DNA from: Crocosphaera sp.
GTDB lineage: Bacteria; Cyanobacteriota; Cyanobacteriia; Cyanobacteriales; Microcystaceae
Assembly: GCF_030064895.1 (NCBI RefSeq)
Contig: NZ_JASJEB010000104.1
Span: forward strand, 1,745-33,744
Length of the DNA: 32,000 bases
Direction of reading: 5' to 3'
Position numbers and translations under genes: made by a program. The first letter of the stretch is position 1. The number at the start of each line of letters is the position of its first letter. Below, piece after piece: positions 19,941-30,550 of the stretch. Under the pieces are notes generated by a model. It was not told the DNA's origin and did not search any database. It saw only the letters and a list, made by a program, of their open reading frames with translations.

Positions 19941-20327
19941 GATACAAGATCCTTTCTTGATGAACTGCTCTTAATTATGGACTAAAAATGTACTTAATGT
20001 CTAGATACAAATATCCCAATTTAAAGGGATAAAAATCCAATAAAATGCTGCAAACTTTATTCTAAGCAGATTTAAGGTTTTTGTTAATTTTTTTATCTTA
20101 ATTATCTCAAAAATTTATATCTCTGAAATATTTTGTTATATGAATAACTTGAGCTAATTGTGTCTTTTGTGCTTCGTTCCCTTCATTATAAGTTAACTGT
20201 TCAAATTGAGTTTTAAAGGATGCAGTAACCCACTAAACCTTATTAACTTGGTGTATTAAGTTATGCAAATACACCCCAAAACTGTTTTCTGTTAAAATAA
20301 ATACTATCATACTATTCGTATCAAAAA

Positions 20328-21290
20328 ATGACTAAAGTTATGTCACAAGAATTAGTTAATACTGTATTACTGGGTGATTGTAGAGAAGTAATGAAAAAAG
20401 TTCCCGATAACTATGTATCTGCTTGTATTACCGACCCTCCCTATAATTATGAATTTATTGGTCATAAATGGGATAATTCAGAAATTCAAAGACGCATGGA
20501 AAGAGTTAATAATAAAAACAGCAAGACATTAGTTAAGAATATCCCTTATGGTAGTGGTTTAGCTGGTGGAGTTCGTAATAAGAAATGGTATCAAAGAAAC
20601 CGTGAGAATATTCTAGATTATGAACATTGGTGTTTTCAATGGGGAGAACAACTTTTTCGCATTTGTAAACCCGGTGCTACCATCCTAGTATTTAATAGTA
20701 CAAGAACAGTTGCTCATGTGCAAGTTGCCCTTGAAAATGCTGGTTTTTATGCTAGAGATATCATGGTTTATAGACGTTCTAGTGGTATTCCTAAAGGTAT
20801 TAATATCAAGAAAAAATTAGAACAAAAAGGTTATGATAATGCTGAACAATGGGAAGGTTGGCATAGTTGTTTAAGGAATGAATGGGAAGCTATTTGTATT
20901 TTACAAAAGCCATTACAAAATAATTATACAGAAACAGTTTTAAACTATGGAACTGGTTTATTTTTTACTAAAAATGAGCATGGTTTTCAATCCAATATTT
21001 TGGAGAATATTCCACGAGATAAACATGAAGACTTTAATATTCACTGTACAGTTAAACCATTAGATTTGATGGAAAAATTAGTAAAAATATTTGTTCCTTC
21101 TGTCAATGATTCAATTGTTATTGATCCTTTTGCTGGTTCTGGAACAACTTTACTTGCTGCTAAAAAATTAGGAATTAATTATTTAGGAATTGAATTAGTC
21201 CCCGAATATATTAATATTATTAATCAGCGTCTTGATGAGGTTATCTATGTACAGGAAACTCTCGCTTTCTATCAATCAGATATTGCTTAA
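20328..21290 (+). CDS. Site-specific DNA methyltransferase, apparently solitary
   Basis: 320 aa; VSACITDPPYNYEFIGHKWD (motif IV, DPPY) followed later by IVIDPFAGSGTTLLAAKKLGINYLGIEL (motif I), a permuted beta-class order. Confidence 0.9.
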   Translation: MTKVMSQELVNTVLLGDCREVMKKVPDNYVSACITDPPYNYEFIGHKWDNSEIQRRMERVNNKNSKTLVKNIPYGSGLAGGVRNKKWYQRNRENILDYEHWCFQWGEQLFRICKPGATILVFNSTRTVAHVQVALENAGFYARDIMVYRRSSGIPKGINIKKKLEQKGYDNAEQWEGWHSCLRNEWEAICILQKPLQNNYTETVLNYGTGLFFTKNEHGFQSNILENIPRDKHEDFNIHCTVKPLDLMEKLVKIFVPSVNDSIVIDPFAGSGTTLLAAKKLGINYLGIELVPEYINIINQRLDEVIYVQETLAFYQSDIA

Positions 21291-21302
21291 GATCAAAGTT
21301 AC

Positions 21303-21446
21303 TTATTTCTTTGATAAAGTTAAATGACTGATCTCCTCTATATATTTATTTTGAGTATTTGAAATAATAGTAATCGCTTGTTTTGAAAGCATAGAACTTT
21401 CATCTAACCACCACAATAATATATGAGTATCAAGAAGATAATTTAT
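21303..21446 (-). pseudogene. Remnant of VapC-family PIN-domain toxin
   Basis: Manual translation: INYLLDTHILLWWLDESSMLSKQAITIISNTQNKYIEEISHLTLSKK*; PIN N-terminal motif, no start codon (ATA), about 47 residues only. Confidence 0.75.
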
Positions 21447-21694
21447 TCACTTAAACCCATAAAAATATTTTGTATATCATCAGGTAAAGTATCAAAATCA
21501 TCAGCAATTTTTACTTTTCCTCGCCAATAACAGGGTTTTCTCGGTTCTAAACTAGATGGTAATTTATCATTTTCTTGTCTTTTTTTTATTTTTATAATAA
21601 TTGTTTCTTGTTGTTGAATAATCTCCACTTCTTGACTATCTCCTAATATTTCTCTAGGAATTAAGACCCCTTGTTTAGTTACTTTAAGTTTCAT
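21443..21694 (-). CDS. VapB-like antitoxin
   Basis: MKLKVTKQGVLIPREILGDSQEVEIIQQQETIIIKIKK, AbrB/SpoVT-like; overlaps the PIN remnant, as in vapBC operons. Upstream 20 residues of the track ORF are probably untranslated. Confidence 0.65.
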   Translation of the reverse strand: MKLKVTKQGVLIPREILGDSQEVEIIQQQETIIIKIKKRQENDKLPSSLEPRKPCYWRGKVKIADDFDTLPDDIQNIFMGLSE

Positions 21695-21765
21695 AAACCA
21701 CCTGATAACAGAATTAATTTTTTTTGCTTGACTATATAATAATAACATAATCACTTAAAATATAT

Positions 21766-21822
21766 AATAACTGATAACTGAAAAAACTGATGACTGATAA
21801 CTGTTCACTGATTACTGATAAC
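21766..21822. repeat. Degenerate heptad repeat related to (ACTGATA)n
   Basis: AATAACTGATAACTGAAAAAACTGATGACTGATAACTGTTCACTGATTACTGATAAC. Confidence 0.8.
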
Positions 21823-23115
21823 GATCGCTTTTGGCTAAAAAATGCTCATATTCCTCTTTGTTTGTTAGAAAATGTTTCCATACAATCCCAAACAAGAGAA
21901 CAATTGTGTAATGTTGATTTAGAAATAAATCAAGATAAAATTATTTCGATTATTCCTCATACTTCTAAACTCCCAGAATATCCTTATATTGATGTTAAAA
22001 AAGGGATTATTTTTCCTTGTTTTCTTGATAGTCATACTCACCTAGATAAAGGCCATATTTGGGAGCGATCGCCGAATGTTTCAGGAACTTTTGAAGAAGC
22101 TTTAAATACAGTTAGAAAAGATGCTCAAAACAACTGGAAATCAGAAGATGTTTATAGAAGGATGGAATTTGGATTACAGTGTAGTTATGCTCAAGGAACT
22201 ATTGCTATTAGAACCCATTTAGATTCTTTTGGAGAACAAGCAAACATTAGTTTTGATGTCTTTCAAGAACTAAAAGATCAGTGGAAAAATAAATTGATTT
22301 TACAAGCAGTATGTTTAGTTTCTTTAGACTATTTTTTGACTAAAGAAGGAGAAAATTTAGCCGATTTAGTAGCTAATTATGGACAAGTATTAGGGGGAGT
22401 AGCTTATATGAATACTCAACTTGACCAACAACTAGAACAAGTATTTAGTCTAGCAAAAGAAAGAAATTTAGATCTAGATTTCCATGCCGATGAGACCCTA
22501 GAGCCTAATTCTATTTGTTTGAAAAAGATTGCAGAAACTGCTATAAAATATCAATTTAAAAACCAAATTACTTGTGGTCATTGTTGTAGTTTATCTCAAC
22601 AGGAACCTGAATTAAGACAAGAAACTATTAACCTAGTAAAAGAAGCAAATATTAATATTATTGCCTTGCCAATGTGTAACTTATATCTGCAAGATAGAAC
22701 CCCAAACTATACCCCAAAAATGCGAGGAATTACCGATATTTATGAACTAAAAAAATATAGTATTCCTGTTGCTTTTGCCAGTGATAATTGTCGAGATCCT
22801 TTTTATGGTTTTGGCAATCATGACGGGTTAGAAGTATTAAAAGAATCAGTAAGAATTGGTCATTTAGATACCCCTTATGACAACTGGGTTAGTAGTATTA
22901 ATAAAGTTCCGGCACAGTTGATGAACTTACCCAATTTAGGCAAAATAGCTATAGGATTAAATGCAGATTTAATAATATTTAAAGCCCGTTATTTTAGTGA
23001 ATTATTTTCCCGCCCTCAAAGCGATCGCAAGGTGATGAGAAACGGTAAATTCATAGATACTACTTTACCTGATTATAGCCAGTTAGATGATTTAATTTTC
23101 TCCTCTCAAGTATAA
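21790..23115 (+). CDS. Amidohydrolase, cytosine deaminase-like
   Basis: 441 aa; LDSHTHLDKGHIW, LDLDFHADE, ITCGHCCSLS and VAFASDNCRDPFYGFGNHDGLE metal-site motifs. Confidence 0.85.
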   Translation: MTDNCSLITDNDRFWLKNAHIPLCLLENVSIQSQTREQLCNVDLEINQDKIISIIPHTSKLPEYPYIDVKKGIIFPCFLDSHTHLDKGHIWERSPNVSGTFEEALNTVRKDAQNNWKSEDVYRRMEFGLQCSYAQGTIAIRTHLDSFGEQANISFDVFQELKDQWKNKLILQAVCLVSLDYFLTKEGENLADLVANYGQVLGGVAYMNTQLDQQLEQVFSLAKERNLDLDFHADETLEPNSICLKKIAETAIKYQFKNQITCGHCCSLSQQEPELRQETINLVKEANINIIALPMCNLYLQDRTPNYTPKMRGITDIYELKKYSIPVAFASDNCRDPFYGFGNHDGLEVLKESVRIGHLDTPYDNWVSSINKVPAQLMNLPNLGKIAIGLNADLIIFKARYFSELFSRPQSDRKVMRNGKFIDTTLPDYSQLDDLIFSSQV

Positions 23116-23132
23116 TTTAGACTTATTTTTTA

Positions 23133-23172
23133 TAAAAAAAATCCCACCCTTGAAAATGGGTAGAATTTTTTG
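23133..23172. terminator. Putative bidirectional terminator between convergent genes
   Basis: AAAAAAATCCCACCCTTGAAAATGGGTAGAATTTTTT, imperfect stem flanked by A and T tracts. Confidence 0.65.
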
Positions 23173-23195
23173 TAATAATTAACTAATATTTTAGT

Positions 23196-23651
23196 TCATC
23201 TAGTGTATTCAATCAGTTCTCTTCTAGCACCAATTAAGTAAAATACTTGCATAGAATTATCACTGAAACCATAATGATGTTTATCACAAACATCATACCT
23301 TTCTCCATTATAAAAAGTGTATCGATCTTGAATCACACATAAACTGACTGTTTGGATATCTTCCTCTTCTAAATCTAATAAATAAGTACGTTCTACGGTT
23401 TGATCTCGGTCAACTTCTATATAAGTGTACCAATTATCGGGATAGACCATACATTCCCCGGGTTGGACTAACCACCATCCCTTAGTCACCCAAGTATCGT
23501 CATTATTGATATAAGCACCGGAAACACGGATAATTTCATTGCGATAATTACACAATTCTGCTCCTTGCGCTATTTTAGGAGATAAAGCTAATTCTCCTAA
23601 CCCTGCACCCAGGATCATTAATGAGCATAAACCAAGTGATTTCTTCACCAT
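23196..23651 (-). CDS. Secreted DUF1036-like protein
   Basis: Signal peptide ...SLMILGAGLGELALSPKIAQGAELCNYRNE; GWWLVQPGECMVYPDN motif. Confidence 0.65.
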   Translation of the reverse strand: MVKKSLGLCSLMILGAGLGELALSPKIAQGAELCNYRNEIIRVSGAYINNDDTWVTKGWWLVQPGECMVYPDNWYTYIEVDRDQTVERTYLLDLEEEDIQTVSLCVIQDRYTFYNGERYDVCDKHHYGFSDNSMQVFYLIGARRELIEYTR

Positions 23652-23790
23652 TTTTCCTCCTCAACAGTAGCTTGGTGAGTTATTTTTTGTTTCACCACTA
23701 ATTATAGTTCAATCATAATCAAGGAAACATTAACATCGACATAGATGAACTTTCTTTATATTTCTCGCGAAAAAGGGATAAGTTAATATA

Positions 23791-25440
23791 TTACTGATCA
23801 GAGATATCTAATTTTGTCACTGTCCAAACATTGCCAATTTTAAGTGAGGTTTTGTTATCTTCCATGAAGGGGTCTAATTCCCAATTTCTATTTTGCTTTA
23901 ATTGATTGGACATCTTTTTTGATGGTTTAAAGAGAACAATATCACTATAATCTTTATAGATTTTACCTTGATTATTGATCAGAAAAACATATCCTTGACG
24001 GGTTAAATGTGAATAGACGTTTTCATTTAACATATAACTCATGGTCAGAGCATCTCCCCAATCTTCATAAATTACCACTGGACGGGATAATTGATTGATT
24101 TCATTGGCAATATACGGATAATCTGGCGCTCCAAAGGCCCACCAACTTTGTGCAGTAGAAATCACGTAACAAGATAAGATTCCTCCCACAATTAAAAAAG
24201 ATAAAATAGTATTTGATAGTTTTTTCTTCCAAACAGATCTAGACTCGAATAATAAATAAAGTCCATAGACCACTATAAGTTGAATTCCAACCACATAAGT
24301 TAGCATATAGCGAAGACGGCCAGAAAAAGCATTACCTGTCAATAAATCTCTTAACATAAGCAAACCACCACCACCAATAATCAAACTAAATATGAAAAGA
24401 TTGATAGATGTTTTTCCTTTCTTAAAAAGATAAAAAAGACAAAATCCCAAAATTAATAAAATAGTTACCCTAAAGATACGATTAGGATATCTAAAAATTC
24501 GCGTCCAGAGAATCCAATGGTCATTGAAGTCAACAAAAATTCTGGTAATTCCATTAATCCAACCTTTGACTAAAAGGCCTAAAGACTGACTTGCACCGAC
24601 AGGTTGAGCAACAGAATATTCAAACAAACCAGATTTAGATAAAAATAATATAAACCAAGGAGAGAATAGAGCAAAACCGATACTACTATATGTAAGGTAA
24701 AGTATTGTTGTTTTACTGAAGCGAAATTTCTCTCTCAAAATTATGTAAATTCCATCTGCAATTAGGGTAAATCCAAAAATCAAATGAGAATATAAGCCAA
24801 AAGCAATAGTGATGGCATAAATTACCCAATCTTTATGATTTTTTCTTCTAATAGCTCTTAATAAAGCAGCACTAGAAATTAAAATTGCAGCAGTAGTTAA
24901 GCTATAGGTTCTAACAATTTGTGCATACTGTAAATACAAGGGTGACACAGAAAGTAGAGCCGTTCCTATCCAAGCAATTCTACTTGATTGAAACAATTCC
25001 CAGCATAACCAATACATTCCACCTAACGAAAAAAGACTAATAAATGCAGAAAAACTTTTATTAATTATAGAAGCTTCCTGAAAAAAATTGGAAAAAAATC
25101 TCGACCAAATTTGCATTCCAATTGAATACAAAGGAGGAAAAACATAAGGCTTTTCAACTAGCCTTTTAATAGATTGATTTAAACTCTCTTCTTTATTAAA
25201 ATGCTGATAACGTTGAAGTTGATCTGGAGCTACAATCTTGACATCGATAATATCTTCAACATAACGTCCAAAAATGTTGGTTGTACTAAAAGTTTCATCA
25301 AGAGAGTACATCTTTCCATCTAAGTTATTAAATCGCAATAATACTCCAAGAATTATTGCCGTTATGATAAGTATTTTAAAAAATATTGAAAAATCTTGTA
25401 AACTTTTCTTGAAAGGATCCAAAATATGTGTAAGATTCAT
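23791..25440 (-). CDS. GT39/ArnT-like membrane glycosyltransferase family protein
   Basis: 549 aa polytopic; RFNNLDGKMYSLDETFS (N-terminal acidic motif of GT-C enzymes), YLQYAQIVRTYSL. Confidence 0.8.
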   Translation of the reverse strand: MNLTHILDPFKKSLQDFSIFFKILIITAIILGVLLRFNNLDGKMYSLDETFSTTNIFGRYVEDIIDVKIVAPDQLQRYQHFNKEESLNQSIKRLVEKPYVFPPLYSIGMQIWSRFFSNFFQEASIINKSFSAFISLFSLGGMYWLCWELFQSSRIAWIGTALLSVSPLYLQYAQIVRTYSLTTAAILISSAALLRAIRRKNHKDWVIYAITIAFGLYSHLIFGFTLIADGIYIILREKFRFSKTTILYLTYSSIGFALFSPWFILFLSKSGLFEYSVAQPVGASQSLGLLVKGWINGITRIFVDFNDHWILWTRIFRYPNRIFRVTILLILGFCLFYLFKKGKTSINLFIFSLIIGGGGLLMLRDLLTGNAFSGRLRYMLTYVVGIQLIVVYGLYLLFESRSVWKKKLSNTILSFLIVGGILSCYVISTAQSWWAFGAPDYPYIANEINQLSRPVVIYEDWGDALTMSYMLNENVYSHLTRQGYVFLINNQGKIYKDYSDIVLFKPSKKMSNQLKQNRNWELDPFMEDNKTSLKIGNVWTVTKLDISDQ

Positions 25441-25789
25441 ATATATAGTTATTTAGCTAGTTAGTAATACAATTTTCTTACCTAATTTTAGCGCGTCCTT
25501 TCGGAGAAAGCAAAAAGTAAAAAATCAAGAGTAAAAACTTAGCCAGAATCGCACGTTTCCAAGGCGAGAAAACCTTACAAGAGTCGCTTTCCAGTTAGGT
25601 TTCAAGTATCTTCATTTATGAAGAGGAAGATCATTGTTTAAATTCCCTTCCTTTAGTAATAGGTAAAACTCTTGACTTTGAAGTTCTAACTTTTGATTTA
25701 TGAACTTTTGAGGCTTGGGGCAAGATTTGGGAAGAATTATAGCATCTTTTGCCTAACAAAAAAGTTGATTGCTAATTGTGCATTATCCA

Positions 25790-26623
25790 TTATCCATTAT
25801 CCATTGATAAAGCCTTAGCGAGTTGAACATGAAGTTTATGACTAGCTTTATAGGCTAAAAAATGAGCTTGAGGAACAGTTCCTAATAAACTCAAATCGCC
25901 GATTAAATCTAAGAGTTTATGACGCACTGGTTCATTTTCAAAGCGTAAAGGAGGATTAAGCCAACCCGAGCGATCGCAGACTAAAGCGTTGTCTAAACTA
26001 CCCCCTTTAATTAACCCTGATTGTTTTAACTGTTCGATTTGATCAGCAAAGCCAAAAGTTCTAGCCGGGGCGATAAACTCTTGGAATGATTCTTGTTTGG
26101 GGTTCCAACTAACCCATTGATTGCCGATCGCTTCGTAAGGATAATCAACACCGTAGCTAAAGCGGATTTCTGGGGCAGGAATAGCGGCAACAAAAGCATC
26201 TCCATCCCTAACCCATACAGGTTCGGTGATCGGGCTTCCTATGACCATTTCCGAGGGACTCAGACCAGATTCAACCATAGCCTCTAGCCAATTTTTAGCC
26301 GAACCGTCCAATAAAGGAACTTCGGGCCCGTCGATTTCAATACAAGCATTTTCGATACCACACCCATTTAAAGCGGCCAATAAATGTTCCACAGTGCGAA
26401 CTGTTGCCCCCTCAGCCATTAATTCTGTGGATAATAAGGTTTGATTCACCGCCGAAACAGTAGCGCGAATGATTGGTTTTTCAGGTAAATCAACCCGAAC
26501 AAAATAACGGCCTTGGTTGCCATAGTTAGGCAAAACTTTGACTTGAGTTTTTGCCCCAGAATGTAAACCAATCCCCGATACACTAAAGCCTTTTTCTATA
26601 GTAGATGCCATTTTAAACTCCAT
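25790..26623 (-). CDS. lpxC: UDP-3-O-acyl-N-acetylglucosamine deacetylase (start may be 26611)
   Basis: 277 aa; [75 protein letters not shown]. Confidence 0.96.
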   Translation of the reverse strand: MEFKMASTIEKGFSVSGIGLHSGAKTQVKVLPNYGNQGRYFVRVDLPEKPIIRATVSAVNQTLLSTELMAEGATVRTVEHLLAALNGCGIENACIEIDGPEVPLLDGSAKNWLEAMVESGLSPSEMVIGSPITEPVWVRDGDAFVAAIPAPEIRFSYGVDYPYEAIGNQWVSWNPKQESFQEFIAPARTFGFADQIEQLKQSGLIKGGSLDNALVCDRSGWLNPPLRFENEPVRHKLLDLIGDLSLLGTVPQAHFLAYKASHKLHVQLAKALSMDNG

Positions 26624-29253
26624 TAAAACCTCTCTCCAATCCCAAAATGAACACGAGAGTCTCCTTCATCATTAATCCCAAAATCAACCCGAATTGGTCC
26701 CACTGGAGATTGAATCCTTACCCCCAGGCCATAACCATAACCATCACTGGGTAATGCTCGAACTACCCCAGGAATACCACGGACAGAACGTTGAGACTTA
26801 ATAGTTGTCCCATAATCGACGAAAACAGCAGCCCCAACCGCCGGAATAATAGGAAATCTGTATTCTGCCGTCGCCTGAAAATAACTGCGTCCGGTGCCTA
26901 ATTCCCCTTCTGCATAACCCCGTACTGAGTTACTACCACCAATGACAAAAGCCTCATAGGGGGGTAAATCTTCCAATACGGTTCCAGCTTGTACATTAAA
27001 CGCCAAAGCCTGGGGTTTGGGTTGATCGTCTTCAATAAATCCTAAATCGATCAAATTTAGGGGTAGAAAATAACTATAATTTCCGCGCAAACGGGTGAAA
27101 AGAATACTTCCCGAACCCACAGGAAGGGTTTGTTCTATACCTAAGCGAAGAACATAACCACTGGTGGGACGTAAGGGGTTATTACGAAAATCTTGAGCCG
27201 CCGCAAAGCTGAGGGTTAATAAGTCATCCCGTCCCGAATCACTAAAGGCCAGGGGTTGTTCCGGAAAACCATTAAGAGGGGCAGATAGAGGTGCAATATC
27301 CCCGTCAGCGTTTTCGATTTGTACCCGTTGATAGTTAACCCCAGCGGTGAGTCGCCAGTCTGGTTTAGTGAAGGGATCATCGGCTATGGGACGGGCAAAG
27401 GAAATACCGCCCCCTGTACGAATCACCCGAGGACTGTCAAACCCGTTGAGGGTTCTAATAGAGGTGTCATCCCCATCAAAGACCAGGGAAATAGTCCGAC
27501 GACGGAACCCGTTAACTGTATAGGCGGTACGGAAAGGATCACCAGCAATCCAAGGATCGGTAAAACTGACATCCAGCAACAGTTCCCTTTCCCCAACTTG
27601 TACTTCACCCCCGATGGTTTGACCGTTACCCCCTAAGTTTTGTTCTTGGTAACTAATGGTTCCAAACAGTCCACTACTGGAACTAATTCCTGTCCCTGCG
27701 GCCAACGATCCGGTGTTACCTTCAACAACATCGACGTTGACGATCACTTCTCTGGGGTCTTCCCCTGGACTGAAGGAAACCCGCACATCTTCAAATAGTC
27801 CTAAACCAAAAATCCTTTGTAGGTCAAACTGTGCCGTTCTTCTGTTAAAGACGGTGCCAGGTTTTAGCTGCATTTCACGGGTAACGATAAAGTCACGGGT
27901 TCGTCCTTCTAGAGGTTCGTCTTCCGCATCAAAAAAGCGTACCTGAATGTTTTCGATTACCCCTTCAGCAATTACCAAGGTGACAATGCCATCTTCGCTG
28001 ACTTGGGGGGAACCAATGACTTGCGCTAGATCAAATCCTTGTTGGGCGTACCATTCGTTAATGGCGGCGATTCCTTGTTGAAGATCCCGTAAGTTTAGGG
28101 TTTTACCGTATTGATCTGCAAAAATTTCTTGAACTTTTTCGGGGGGTAAAGCCCGTTTATCTTCCACGTCTGGTACGGTACTGACCACCACTTGCTCTAA
28201 AGTGGGGTTGACTTCGACGGCGTAAGTGATTCTTACCCCTAAAGGTGTGTCAGCAGGGGTCACTTCCACGTTAGCGAAGAAACCCGTAGCATAAATGGCG
28301 TTTACGTCTTCTTGGAGTTGGGAACGGGTGGCCGTACGCCCTGGACGGGTTTGAATTGTGTTATAAACTAGGTTTTCTAATTCTTGATCAGCCCCTTCAA
28401 CCACCACTTCCACTACTAAGACCCGGGGTTCTTGTTCGGTGGTTTGTATTTCTTCGGTTTCTCCTTCGGGGGCCGGAATTACTTCCGGGGTGGGAACCAC
28501 TGGAACATCAGGACTTTGGGGATCTTCACTGTTACTAGGAGGGGTTGTTTGTTGGGCTATTTCTTGTTGTTGACTGAACTCGGCTGCGATCGCTTGTTGG
28601 TCTATTTCTTCTTGGTCACTGAACTCGACGACAATCGCTTGATCTAGGTTGGCCTGGTATACACTATCCACGGTCGATTCTGGAGCTAAACCTTCATCTT
28701 CTGGCATGGCTTTAGCCGACTGAGAAGGGGGCTGAGAGGTTGCTTCGACTGCTTTGATATGAGTAACATTAGGATAAGGGTTAGCTGCCTCTGGGGACTC
28801 TTCTAACGGGGAATCTGAGGGGATGGAATCTTTATTTTCAGCAGCAACAACTGGGGTTGTTTTGTCAGTTGCTTCTTTGATTGTGGAAACTTTGGGATAA
28901 GGTTCAATGGTATCCTCAGACTCCTCTAACCAGGGATCTTCGAGGATTATCGGGTTATAATCTCTGGCTATTGGTTCCTTAATCTCATTTTGGGACTTCT
29001 CAGGGGAAGATGTGGCATCTTTAATATCAGAAACCTTGGTATAAGGCTCAACTTTTGTCGAATATTCATCGGCCTGTGAGTCCCAAGTTAGATTGTCCAG
29101 AAACTCAAAATCAGTTGCTTCTGGGTCTTTGATACTGGCCACTGACGGGACATTTTGCCCTCTTAATGGCCTGCCTGTTATCCATACGGTTGTCGTTGTC
29201 AGGATAATCCCCAGTAAGGGAGAAAAATGTAATCTTTTGCTCTGGTTTGACAC
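26623..29253 (-). CDS. Omp85/BamA-family outer membrane assembly protein
   Basis: 876 aa; POTRA-like repeats, [51 protein letters not shown]-terminal [33 protein letters not shown]. Confidence 0.94.
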   Translation of the reverse strand: MSNQSKRLHFSPLLGIILTTTTVWITGRPLRGQNVPSVASIKDPEATDFEFLDNLTWDSQADEYSTKVEPYTKVSDIKDATSSPEKSQNEIKEPIARDYNPIILEDPWLEESEDTIEPYPKVSTIKEATDKTTPVVAAENKDSIPSDSPLEESPEAANPYPNVTHIKAVEATSQPPSQSAKAMPEDEGLAPESTVDSVYQANLDQAIVVEFSDQEEIDQQAIAAEFSQQQEIAQQTTPPSNSEDPQSPDVPVVPTPEVIPAPEGETEEIQTTEQEPRVLVVEVVVEGADQELENLVYNTIQTRPGRTATRSQLQEDVNAIYATGFFANVEVTPADTPLGVRITYAVEVNPTLEQVVVSTVPDVEDKRALPPEKVQEIFADQYGKTLNLRDLQQGIAAINEWYAQQGFDLAQVIGSPQVSEDGIVTLVIAEGVIENIQVRFFDAEDEPLEGRTRDFIVTREMQLKPGTVFNRRTAQFDLQRIFGLGLFEDVRVSFSPGEDPREVIVNVDVVEGNTGSLAAGTGISSSSGLFGTISYQEQNLGGNGQTIGGEVQVGERELLLDVSFTDPWIAGDPFRTAYTVNGFRRRTISLVFDGDDTSIRTLNGFDSPRVIRTGGGISFARPIADDPFTKPDWRLTAGVNYQRVQIENADGDIAPLSAPLNGFPEQPLAFSDSGRDDLLTLSFAAAQDFRNNPLRPTSGYVLRLGIEQTLPVGSGSILFTRLRGNYSYFLPLNLIDLGFIEDDQPKPQALAFNVQAGTVLEDLPPYEAFVIGGSNSVRGYAEGELGTGRSYFQATAEYRFPIIPAVGAAVFVDYGTTIKSQRSVRGIPGVVRALPSDGYGYGLGVRIQSPVGPIRVDFGINDEGDSRVHFGIGERF

Positions 29254-29424
29254 TTCCTACACACCCAATCAAGCTATAGCGTTTTTACTGTTATCCGTTG
29301 CCTGTGGTTAACTTAGATAGCTAACAGCTTGTCTAACAGCCGAGCCATATTACCCGTCTCCTTGACCCTGACTGTAACAAATTGTTCCAATTTTTGTTTC
29401 TTGAGAAACTCCTCACATTTTTGA

Positions 29425-30165
29425 TCACCCTCCATTATCACCTAATCCTAATTTATCTAAAACTCTCTTCTGGACTTGTTGATAAGCTGTTTCTATCTGT
29501 CCTAAGTCTCGACGAAAGCGATCTTTATCCATAACTCGTTTTTGGGGATCTGTTTCTGTTTTATCCCAGAGTCGACAGGTATCGGGGCTAATTTCATCTG
29601 CTAAAAGAATTTTGCCCTCCTTATCAATACCAAATTCGAGTTTAAAATCTACTAGGGTAATTTGACAACTGCTGAAAAATTCTTGTAAATGTTGATTGAT
29701 TTCTAAGGCTAGATTTTGTAGTTGTTTTAGTTGTTCTTCTGTGGCGAGTTCTAAAATTAAAAGACGATCTCTAGTTAATAAGGGATCGCCTAGTTCGTCG
29801 TTTTTAAAGTAGAATTCTACTAAGGAAAAGGGTAATTTATATCCTTCTTTTAACCCTGTTTGTCGACACAAACTACCAGCGGCAATGTTTCTAATTACTA
29901 CTTCTATGGGGATAATTTTAACCCGTTTAACTAATATTTTATCATCGGCAGATTGTTCTATTAAATGGGTAGGAATTCCTTGAGATTCTAACCATTGAAA
30001 TAGGGCAACTGTGATCTGACAGTTCATTTTCCCTTTTTCTACAATAGTTCCCCGTTTTTGAGCATTAAAGGCGGTAGCATCGTCTTTAAAATGGGTTAGC
30101 AAAATATCGGGGTCGTCGGTTGCATAAAGAATTTTTGCTTTGCCTTCGTATAGTTTTTCTGTCAT
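29425..30165 (-). CDS. purC: Phosphoribosylaminoimidazole-succinocarboxamide synthase
   Basis: 246 aa; LYEGKAKILYATDDPDILLTHFKDDATAFN, KLEFGIDKEGKILLADEISPDTCRLWD. Confidence 0.97.
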   Translation of the reverse strand: MTEKLYEGKAKILYATDDPDILLTHFKDDATAFNAQKRGTIVEKGKMNCQITVALFQWLESQGIPTHLIEQSADDKILVKRVKIIPIEVVIRNIAAGSLCRQTGLKEGYKLPFSLVEFYFKNDELGDPLLTRDRLLILELATEEQLKQLQNLALEINQHLQEFFSSCQITLVDFKLEFGIDKEGKILLADEISPDTCRLWDKTETDPQKRVMDKDRFRRDLGQIETAYQQVQKRVLDKLGLGDNGG

Positions 30166-30550
30166 TATTTTTTGGGGTTAAATAGAACAATAATTGTTGA
30201 ATTTTACTTTAGATATCTACCAAGAATGGAGCTTTACGCAAGAAAAACTGTAAGATGGTTTCTTCTTTTGTAATGATATCTGTATAAATTAACAATACTG
30301 TTTACTATGTTAACAATAAAGTATTAAACTCGGTTATAACAATAACTGGTTTGAGTTTCTCTCTGCTGAGGAACAAGCAGAAACGCTAAAAGATCCTCGG
30401 TCTGGAGCAATGTCCCCTTATCGAGTTTACAGTAGTGATGGTCGTCTGATCTCAGTGGCCTACGACGGAAATTATAAATAACTAAGCTGTAGACAAAACT
30501 GATGAGTTTTGTCTCAATTTCTTTTTAAGATTATGATGATTAAAACTAAA

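Noticed and set aside
25785-25805. CCATTATCCATTATCCATT short tandem repeat
   Set aside because: Only about three 7-bp units in an AT-rich gap; not distinctive.
26093-29311. Several plus-strand ORFs (26093-26287, 26226-26444, 27319-27636, 27423-27608, 27656-27946, 28356-28647, 29093-29311)
   Set aside because: Lie within lpxC and the Omp85 gene, mostly antisense; composition is a mirror of the real frames.
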